In this document: piece after piece, positions 1 to 7,596 of the stretch
Layout of the letters: each line of letters opens with the position of its first letter
Position numbering within the stretch: the stretch's first letter is position 1
Source of the DNA: Octopus sinensis
Lineage: Eukaryota
Reading direction: 5' to 3'
NCBI RefSeq assembly: GCF_006345805.1
Contig: NW_021828109.1
Span: 1-9,000 of the forward strand
DNA: 9,000 nt
Made by a program: the position numbers and the translations under genes
Notes under the pieces: generated by a model
Databases searched by the model: none
What the model saw: only the letters and a program-made list of their open reading frames with translations
What the model was told of the DNA's origin: nothing

Positions 1-17
1 GTAAAAGAGTAAAAGAG
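1..17 (+). mobile_element. 3' tail of a SINE family A copy entering from upstream
   Basis: gtaaaagagtaaaagag is the reverse complement (one T fewer in the run) of the tail ctcttttactctttttac seen at the end of the full minus-strand copy near 7159-7176. Confidence 0.55.
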
Positions 18-27
18 ATATATATAC

Positions 28-172
28 GGAGTAAACACATAAATGTGAAACAAGGTGGAAAAAAGAGTACTCAAATACCAGGGGTAGAGTAATATGCTTT
101 ATTTGAAAGCAGCAGAAATTCAACAAAACCTGTTCTCGGAGTTTCAGTTCCCGTTTGTTGGACAGTTTTGTT
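28..172 (-). mobile_element. Probable Penelope-like pLTR/retrozyme-like fragment with a decayed minimal hammerhead ribozyme
   Basis: Minus strand reads aacaaaactgt-CCAACAA-acgggaact-GAAAC-tccgaga-acaggttttgtt. An enclosing helix (122-133 with 162-172) surrounds degenerate hammerhead core boxes, followed by AATAAA (tttatt at + 98-103). Confidence 0.45.
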
Positions 173-201
173 ATAATATATATTATATATATATAGATTA
201 C

Positions 202-242
<41 letters not shown>
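173..242. repeat. (TA)n microsatellite
   Basis: Directly visible, imperfect TA dinucleotide run. Confidence 0.95.
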
Positions 243-244
<2 letters not shown>

Positions 245-615
245 AGCAGTATCGCCCGGCGTAGCTCGGGTTTGTAAGGGAAATAACTATAAAGCAAAAA
301 AATAGCAAAAATGCATCAAAAATGGAAAAAAAATGATGGTAAATTTTTTTTTAAATCGTTGATTCATCGTAGACATTTTTAGAGAGTTACTTCCCTTATA
401 TTTAAAGAAATATGCATTAAAATGGAAAAAATGATGGTAAATTATTTTTAAAATCGTAGACTCATCGTAGAGGCGCGCTAATACCCAGAAGGGCTCGAAA
501 TGAATCACGACTATAAGATACCCGGTTTTGGTTAAACTGCATCGCAAAATGTGGGAGTAGTTAGGAATCTAAATCGGAGTAGACAGACACACAACCTTTC
601 TTTTATATATAAAGA
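243..615 (-). mobile_element. Non-autonomous Helitron-type rolling-circle element (~373 bp), both termini present
   Basis: On the minus strand it starts A|TCTTTATATATAAAA (615) and ends CTAG|T (246-243). A GC-rich hairpin cccggc-gta-gctcggg (255-270) lies 12 nt from the 3' end. Inserted between A and T within (TA)n with no TSD. These are the canonical Helitron terminal features. Confidence 0.8.
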
Positions 616-628
616 TATATATATATAT

Positions 629-789
629 ATACGACGTGCTTCTTCCTGTTATCGTCTACCAAATCCACTCTTAAGGCTTTGGTTAGCCCGTAGTAGAAGA
701 CACTTGCCCAAGGTGCCACACTGTAGGACTGAATCCGGAACCATGTGGTTGGAAAACAAGCTCCTTACCACACAGCCACTCCTATGCCT
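629..789 (-). mobile_element. SINE family A, tRNA-derived head only (diverged)
   Basis: Aligns by eye with 1155-1320 and 7447-7596; has a 6 bp deletion (aggcta) and several substitutions. Confidence 0.9.
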
Positions 790-859
790 CAACGAAATGA
801 TCTAACTCATTTAAAAGTGTGTGTGCGTGTACACAGAGTGATTCTTTCCTTTTTTTTCT

Positions 860-1116
860 TTTTCTTTTTGACTTGTTTCAGTCATTTGACTGCGGCCATG
901 CTGGAGCACCGCCTTTAATCGAGCAACTGGACCGCGGGACTTATTCTTTTGTAAGCCCAGTACTTATTCTATCGGTCTCGTTTGCCGAACCGCTAAGTGA
1001 CGGGGACATAAACACACCAGCATCGGTTGTCAAGCAATGCTAGGGGGACAAACACAGACACACAAACACTTACACACACATACAAACACACATACATACA
1101 TGCAAACAAACATACA

Positions 1117-1152
<36 letters not shown>

Positions 1153-1320
1153 TATACGACAGGCTTCTTTCAGTTTCCGTCTACCAAATCCACTCACAAG
1201 GCTTTGGTCGGCCCGTGGCTATAGTAGAAGACACTTGCTCAAGGTGCCACGCAGTGGGACTGAACCCGGAACCATGTGGTTGGTAAGCAAGCTACTTACC
1301 ACACAGACACTCTTACACGT
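860..1320 (-). mobile_element. SINE family A, full length: tRNA head, internal (TA)/(TATG)/(TG) microsatellite, conserved 3' half and A-rich tail
   Basis: Near-identical to 7157-7596 over both halves. The minus-strand head has Pol III A-box-like TGTCTGTGTGG and B-box-like GGTTCAGTCCC, followed by caccttgagcaagtgtctt, which resembles the start of the CORE-SINE domain. Confidence 0.92.
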
Positions 1321-1328
1321 ATATACAT

Positions 1329-1457
1329 ATATACGGCAGGCTTCTTTCAGTTTCCGTCTACCAAATCCACTCACAAGGCATTGGTCGGCCCGAGGCTATA
1401 GTAGAAGACACTTGCCCTAGGTGCCACGCAGTGTGGACTGAACGCGGAACCATGTGT
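1329..1457 (-). mobile_element. SINE family A, partial head, tandem to the previous copy
   Basis: Direct repeat of 1153-1277; ends about 80 nt upstream of the exon acceptor at 1538. Confidence 0.9.
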
Positions 1458-1538
1458 TTTTGTGAAGTAAGTGGAGGTTTTATTTCTGTCATGTCCAAAA
1501 GTAGTCCTTATTGTTTGCAAATTCTTTTTCTCTTGCAG

Positions 1539-1794
1539 GAAATACTGAGTCACTCTCGGAAAGATGCCAGGAAGGCCGTGATTTTGATCACGGATGGATT
1601 CTCAAACGCCGGGGACCCGCGACCCTTAGCGGCCCAAATGAGATCGAAGGGTGTGAAGATCTTCACGTTCGGCATCCGCCACGGAAACGTACGAGAGTTG
1701 ACGGACATGGCCTCGCACCCGAAGAACGAGACTTGCTACATCCTTGATAGTTTTGAGGAGTTCGAAGCCCTCGCCCGCCGGGCCCTTCACGAAG
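1539..1794 (+). CDS. SVEP1: Internal coding exon (256 bp, phase 0 to 1) of a SVEP1/polydom-like protein; C-terminal half of the von Willebrand factor A domain
   Basis: Pyrimidine tract and acceptor ttctttttctcttgcAG (AG 1537-1538); donor G|GTACGC (GT 1795-1796). Translation [85 protein letters not shown] carries the vWA 'LITDG' motif. It closely resembles vertebrate SVEP1 as I recall it (LITDGYSNGGDP...[15 protein letters not shown]). GC-rich coding-like composition against an AT-rich background. Confidence 0.93.
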
Positions 1795-1879
1795 GTACGC
1801 ACCGATTTCACTCATCTTCACTTAAAAAAGCCTACAACAAAAACCGATTGCAAAAATGATAAAAAGATCTGCTTTTTAA

Positions 1880-2832
1880 TCTTCTTCTTTCTTTCCTTCG
1901 CTCTTTCTCCCCTTCTTTCCTTCCCGCCCCGTTTCCACCCTCTGCATTCCTCCCCCCATCCCCCTCCCTCTTTCCCTTCCTTCCTTCCTTTCTTCTTTCT
2001 TTCCTTCTCACTTCCTTCTCCTTTCCTTCCTTCTTTCTTTCCTTCCTTCCTTCCTCTCTCTCCTTCCTTCCTTTCTTTCTTTCTTCCTTCCTTCCTTCCT
2101 TCTTCCCTTCCTTGCTTCCTTCCTTCTTTCCTTTTCACTTCCTTCCTTTTCACTTCCTTCTCCTTCCTTCCTTCTTTCCTTCCTTCCTTTCTTCCTTCCT
2201 TCTCTCCTGCCTTCTCCCTTCCTTCTTTCCTTCCATCCTTCTTTCCTTCCTTCTCACTTCATTCTTTCCTTTCTCCCTTCCTTCCTTCTTTCCTTCCCTC
2301 CCTCCTTCCTTCCTTCCTTCCTTCTCTCCTTCCTTCTCCCTTCCTTCTCTCTCCTTCTTCCTTCCCCCCCCTCCCTTCCTTCCTTATTTCCTTCCTTCTC
2401 CCTTCCTTCCTCCTTCCTTCCTTCCTTCCTTCCTTCTTTCTTCCTCCTTCCTTCCTTCCTTCCTCCTTCCTTCCTTCCTTCCTTCTTTCTCGCTTCCTCC
2501 TTTCACTTCCTTCCTTCTCTCTTTCTCTTCCTTCTTCCCTTCCTTCCTTCCTTCCTTATTTCCTTCCTTCTCCCTTCCTTCCTTCCTTCCTTCCTTCCTT
2601 CCTTCTTTCCTTCCTCCCTTCCTTCCTTCCTTCCTCCTTTCCTTCCTTCCTTCCTTCCTTACTTCTCGCTTCCTTCCTTTTCACTTCCTTCCTTCTCTCT
2701 TTCTCTTCCTTCCTTCCTTCCTTCCTTCCTTCCTTCCTTCTCTCCTTCCTTCTCCCTTCCTTCTTTCCTTTCTTCCTTCCTTCCTTCCTTCCTTCCTTCC
2801 TTTTTTCGCCCCCTCTTTCCCCCCTCTTTTCT
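1880..2832. repeat. ~950 bp polypyrimidine (CCTT/CTT)n tract
   Basis: Directly visible; the + strand is almost purine-free. Confidence 0.97.
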
Positions 2833-2892
2833 TGTAGTCGTTCCATCCCAATCTCTCTATCAGGAGTCGGTCTTTTGGCTCTCGGCTTTTCC

Positions 2893-3043
2893 TCCTTACG
2901 TTCTGAGTTCAAATTCCGGCGAGGGCGAATTTGCCTTTCTTCTGTACAGGGTCGATAAAATAAGTACCAGCTGAGTACTGGGGTTGATGTAATCGACAAT
3001 CCCCCTCCCCCAAACTTCATGCCTTGCACCTATAGTAGAGAGG
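2893..3043 (+). mobile_element. SINE family B, 5'-truncated or 5'-diverged copy with (ATT)n tail
   Basis: B-box GAGTTCAAATT (2905-2915), then gcctttc...gggtcgataaaataagtaccag...ggggttgatgtaatcgac...ccccc; homologous to 6245-6414. Confidence 0.8.
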
Positions 3044-3067
3044 ATTATTATTATTATTATGTTGTGT

Positions 3068-3113
<46 letters not shown>

Positions 3114-3206
3114 GTTGTTTTTATTATTGTTATTATTATTATTCTTATTATTATTATTATTATTATTATATTATTATTATTATCATTATTATTATTATTA
3201 TTATTC

Positions 3207-3239
<33 letters not shown>
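3044..3239. repeat. (ATT)n/(GTT)n trinucleotide microsatellite
   Basis: Directly visible. Confidence 0.95.
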
Positions 3240-4109
3240 TATGTTTGACTTTGCTTTATATTTGTACAAGTTGGCTCCAAGTCTCACCCAGAGACCTCCA
3301 AGACAACAGGGTTGGAAGTTCATGTTGTTGTTATGCCTAGTGTGCCATATATTTGGGGGGTGGGGATGTTGTACTAATGAATGTCTAAAAAAAAAGGTTT
3401 TTTTTTTTTTGTTTTTTTTTTAAACCGAAAATTATGTTTGTTTTAAACCTTGAGATTACATAGAGAGTATTTTGCGTAGGATATGAGCAGTTCCCATGAG
3501 CACTATCTTTTGAACTTCTGCCATTTTTGGGTTCCTGGTATCTGAGTTAGGTAGCTATCAGCCCCTTTTGCTATCATTCCCAGGGCACCTATGACAACAG
3601 GTATTGTTTTAGTCTTCAGCTTCCACATTTTGCTGATTTCTATTTCAAGATCTTTATATTTGCTCAGTTTTTGGTAGGTCTTGACAGATACGTTTATATC
3701 GATTGGGACAGTCATATCAATGAGGAGGCATGTTCTTTGTTTGAAGTCTTTCAAATGATGTCTGGCCTATTTGCATCTATCTTCCTGTCAGTTTGAATGG
3801 TGAAGTTCCAGAGGAGTGAGATGTGGTCATTTTCAAGCACTGGGGGTGGTTTGTGTTCCCACCAGTTTTTTCATGGGCAAATCCAGGTTTTTACAGATTA
3901 CCAGTGAATATATTGTGCAGCTCTATCATGTCTGTTGAGATACTCTGTAGGCGCTAGAAGACTGCACTTGGAGACCACATGGTCAATGGTTTCATTTTTT
4001 GCTTGCATACACGACACGTTGGACTGCTTCTGATCTTTAATATGTTGGCCTGGTAGTTTCTTGTTGGTAGGCATTGATCTTGAGCTGCTATGATAAACCC
4101 CTCTGTTTC
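3239..4109 (-). mobile_element. 5'-truncated non-LTR retrotransposon of the R4/Dong (RLE) type: CCHC zinc knuckle, restriction-like endonuclease and 3' UTR
   Basis: Minus-strand translation across frameshifts: ETEGFIIAAQDQCLPTRNYQANILKIRSSPT-CRVC-KQ/ETID-H-VVSK-C-SLLAPTEYLN-RHD-RAAQYIHW/.../WWEHKPPPVLENDHISLLWNFTIQTDRKIDAN-RPDII/KDFKQRTCLLI-D-MTVP...QKLS-KY-KDLEIEISKMWKLKTKTIPVVIGALG.../KMAEVQKIVLMGTAHILRKILSM* (stop at 3458-3456). The CCHC, RHD, RPD..D and K..KY motifs are diagnostic of RLE-clade elements. A ~215 nt 3' UTR runs into (AAT)n. Confidence 0.92.
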
Positions 4110-4172
4110 ATTATTATATTATTATTATTATTTATTATTATAATTATTATTATTATTATTTTATTATTATTA

Positions 4173-4204
<32 letters not shown>

Positions 4205-4215
4205 AATTATATTAA

Positions 4216-4285
<70 letters not shown>

Positions 4286-4351
4286 CATAATTATTATTAT
4301 TATTATTATTATTATTGTTATTATTAATTATTTTTATTGTTATTATTATTA

Positions 4352-4391
<40 letters not shown>

Positions 4392-4541
4392 ATTAATTAT
4401 TATATTATTATTGTTATTATTATTATTATATTATATTGTTGTTATTATTATATTATTATTTATTATTATTATTATTGCTATTATTATTATTATTGTTAGT
4501 ATTATTATTATTGTTGTTGTTGTTGTTGTTGTTGTTGTTAT

Positions 4542-4576
<35 letters not shown>

Positions 4577-4705
4577 ATTATAATTATTATAATAATTATT
4601 AGTATTATTATTATTATTATTATTTTATATTATTGTTATTATTATGAGTGACACTATTATTATTTTTATTATTATTATTATATTATTATTATTATAATTA
4701 TTATA

Positions 4706-4738
<33 letters not shown>

Positions 4739-4791
4739 TTATAATTATTATATATTATTATTATTTTATTATTATTATTATTATTATATTG

Positions 4792-4826
<35 letters not shown>

Positions 4827-5015
4827 GCTATTATTATTATTATTGTTTTATTATTATTATGTTATTGTTGTTGTTGTTGTTGTGTTGTTGTTATTATTAT
4901 TATTTTATTATTATATTATTATTATATTATTATAATATTATAATTAATTATTATTATTATTATTTATTATTATTATTATTATTATTGTTATTATTATTGA
5001 GTGACACTATTATTA

Positions 5016-5053
<38 letters not shown>

Positions 5054-5121
5054 ATTATTAATTATTATTATTATTATTATTATTATATTATTATTATTAT
5101 TATTATTATTGCTATTATTAT
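4110..5121. repeat. ~1 kb imperfect (ATT)n microsatellite with (GTT)n patches
   Basis: Directly visible. Confidence 0.97.
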
Positions 5122-5652
5122 TGAGTGACACTCGAAAGCCAAGTATGCAAAGTCCAATATAACCATCACGGTTACCCGTCTGATAAGGGTACACCAGGCA
5201 CTAGCATGATAACCACATATCCACAACATGGTGATCTCACATAAAGATAAAAAGCGCATGACCTCGCAGGTGGGGCCCGGTTAGAATTTTGTTACGGTTG
5301 AATAGCCTATCCTGCTCAAAAGGTCCCTGAATAAGAGTTGTTTAAGAGTTTAAGAATGTTGAATGAAACACTCAGGTTTCCAGGGGTGAATTATCCAAAC
5401 CCCAAAGAATCCCTCTCAACACATGGCTATGATGCTCCCCCACTACTTCTGCTCGTGATCAGAGATGCACATATCGTCGGCCACTGAGGGACATGCTCAA
5501 CTGGTTAAGGTCAAACAACTGACAACAAATCTGTGGTATTGAGCAGAATATTTGCTGTAGCCCATCTTTTATACCAAGACAAAACAATGTACATGATAAC
5601 ACTTCCAATCAGTTAAGATAAGAAGCCATGAGAGCCACTGCCTGGTACTGCA

Positions 5653-5653
<1 letters not shown>
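5122..5653. mobile_element. Unclassified ~530 bp non-coding island, probably an interspersed repeat inserted in (ATT)n
   Basis: Sharp-edged complex sequence flanked on both sides by ATT arrays. No convincing ORF or SVEP1-like translation. Only one copy in the window, so its repetitive nature is inferred. Confidence 0.55.
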
Positions 5654-5695
<42 letters not shown>

Positions 5696-5906
5696 CATTA
5701 TCATCATCATCATCATCATCATTATTATTATTATTATTTTTATTATTATCATTATCATTATCATCATCATCATCATCATCATTATTATTATCATTATTAT
5801 TATTATTATAATTATTACTATTATCATTATCATCATCATCATCATCATTATCATTATTATTATTATTATTATAATTATTACTATTATCATTATCATCATC
5901 ATCATC

Positions 5907-5953
<47 letters not shown>

Positions 5954-5977
5954 CATTAATCATTATCATCATCATCA

Positions 5978-6029
<52 letters not shown>

Positions 6030-6183
6030 TATCATCATCATCATCATTATTATTATATTATCATTATTATTATTATTATCATCATTATTATTCATTATTA
6101 TTATTATTATTATTATATTATCATATATCATTATTATTATTACTATTATTATTATCATTATTATTATTATTATTATTATTATT
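5654..6183. repeat. Compound (ATT)n/(ATC)n microsatellite
   Basis: Directly visible; includes a ~63 bp higher-order duplication beginning ataattattactattatc near 5808 and 5871. Confidence 0.95.
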
Positions 6184-6414
6184 AGGTGGTAAGATGGCCA
6201 AATCGTTCGAACGCCGGGCAAAATGCTTCGTGGCATTTTTCCTGTCTTCACATCCTGAGTTCGAATTCCACCGATGTCAGCTTCAGCTTTTATCCTTTCG
6301 GGGGGGGGGGCAATGAAATAAGCACCAGTTGCACAGTGGGGGTTGATGTAATAGACTAGTTCCCCCCCCCTTAACTCCCACTGCATTTCGGGTCTTGTGT
6401 CTGTAGAAGAAAGC
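6184..6414 (+). mobile_element. SINE family B, full-length diverged copy (tRNA-derived) with (ATT/GTT)n tail
   Basis: A-box-like TGGCCAAATCG (6195-6205) and B-box GAGTTCGAATT (6257-6267); body homologous to 2893-3043; tail 6415-6452. Confidence 0.82.
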
Positions 6415-6475
6415 ATTATTATTGTTGTTGTTGTTATTATTATTATTATTGTTGTTTGCTTCTTTTCCTTTGTAG

Positions 6476-6652
6476 ACTTACACAGAGGCAGTTACAGCAC
6501 TCAAATGTCGAGCAAATGTGACAAACTGTGCCAGGACGGGCGTGACTGCTGTGATGCGAAGGCTCACTGTGCCTGTGGGACACACACGGGCAACTATGAG
6601 TGCATCTGTCAGAAAGGGTTCTACGGAAACGGACTTAAGGATGGTTGTTTAC
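6476..6652 (+). CDS. SVEP1: Next internal coding exon (177 bp, phase 1 to 1) of the SVEP1-like gene; Cys-rich/EGF-like segment following the vWA domain
   Basis: Acceptor ttcttttcctttgtAG (AG 6474-6475); consensus donor C|GTGAGT (6653). G1794+AC6476-6477 gives GAC (Asp), so the join reads ...ALHE-D-LHRGSYSTQMSSKCDKLCQDGRDCCDAKAHCACGTHTGNYECICQKGFYGNGLKDGCL. This matches the recalled SVEP1 pattern C..LC..G.DCCD....C.CGTHTG..ECIC.KG.YG.GL. Confidence 0.93.
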
Positions 6653-6727
6653 GTGAGTGTGGGCCTTCAAAATGTTCCAGCCTTGTTTTTCACTAGATTT
6701 CTTTTAAAAGTGAAAGTAGAAAAGTGG

Positions 6728-7143
6728 GCGTGTGGGTGTGTTTGTGTCTGTGCGTGTGTATTTGTGTGTGTGTGTATATGCGTGAATGTATATGTATGTG
6801 TGTATGTGTGTATGCATGTGTATGTATGTATGTATATGCGTGTGTATGTATATGTGTGTGTGTGTATTTGTGTGGGTGTGTGTGCATGTATATGTATGTG
6901 TGTATGTGAGTGTATGTGTGTGTATTCATGTGTACGTATGTATGTATATGCGTGTGTATGTATATGTGTGCGTGTGTATTTGTGTGTGTGTGTGTGTGTG
7001 TGCATGTATATGCGTGAATGTATATGTATGTGTGTATGTGAGTGTATGTGTGTGTATGCTGTGTACGTATGTATGTATATGTGTGTGTATGTATATGTGT
7101 GTGTACGTGCGTGTGTATGAGAGTGTGTGTATGCGCGTGTGTC
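6728..7143. repeat. (TG)n/(TGTA)n compound microsatellite
   Basis: Directly visible; internal sub-repeats such as gtatatgcgtgaatgtatatgtatgtgtgtatgtg occur near 6773 and 7006. Confidence 0.95.
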
Positions 7144-7156
7144 TATGATTATCCTA

Positions 7157-7372
7157 TACTCTTTTACTCTTTTTACTTGTTTCAGTCATTTGACTTCGGC
7201 CATGCTGGAGCACCGCCTTTAGTCGAGCAAATCGACCCCGGGACTTATTCTTTGTAAGCCCAGTATTTATTCTATCGGTCCCTTTTGCCGAACCGCTAAG
7301 TGACGGGGACGTAAACACACCAGCATCTGTTGTCAAGCAATGCTAGGGGGACAAACACAGACACACAAACAC

Positions 7373-7438
<66 letters not shown>

Positions 7439-7596
7439 ACATATATACGACAGGCTTCTTTCAGTTTCCGTCTACCAAATCCATTCAAAAGGCATAAGAC
7501 AGTAGAAGACACTTGCCCAAGATGCCATGCAGTGGGACTGAACCCGGAACCATGTGGTTGGTTAGCAAGCTACTTACCACACAGCCACTCCTGCCT
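7157..7596 (-). mobile_element. SINE family A, full length with a short internal deletion near 7495
   Basis: Same organisation as 860-1320: tail (ctctttta)n, 3' half, (CA)(TA)(TG) microsatellite, tRNA head with A/B boxes. Confidence 0.92.

Larger units (their letters stand above)
1795..6475 (+). other. Spliceosomal GT-AG intron (4681 bp, phase 1), almost entirely repeats
   Basis: GT at 1795, AG at 6474-6475; removing it gives a continuous reading frame with SVEP1 similarity on both sides of the junction. Confidence 0.9.

Noticed and set aside
551-1420. Recurrent peptides such as [22 protein letters not shown] suggesting a small gene family
   Set aside because: These are antisense translations of the non-coding SINE A head.
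1431-1859. 142 aa ORF as a standalone single-exon gene
   Set aside because: SVEP1 similarity is confined to the part between the splice sites (1539-1794); the flanks are intronic read-through.
1744-3029. Long ORFs of 404, 241, 157 and 111 aa (F/L/P/S-rich or K/E/G/R-rich)
   Set aside because: They are translations of the (CCTT)n tract, which lacks stop codons by composition; the region is intronic.
4645-5132. CRISPR-like repeat-spacer array (TGAGTGACACT x3)
   Set aside because: The repeat is too short, spacing is irregular, spacers are microsatellite, and the context is eukaryotic with no cas genes.
5173-5200. CTGATAAG as a hammerhead core in the unclassified element
   Set aside because: No suitably placed GAAA box or three-helix junction could be built; only a simple hairpin is present.
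4074-6416. Poly-I/Y/L/N/D/M ORFs
   Set aside because: Translations of (ATT)n/(ATC)n microsatellites.
6518-7336. C/V/Y/M-rich and H/T-rich ORFs
   Set aside because: Translations of (TG/TA)n repeats and SINE sequence; only 6476-6652 is supported as coding.
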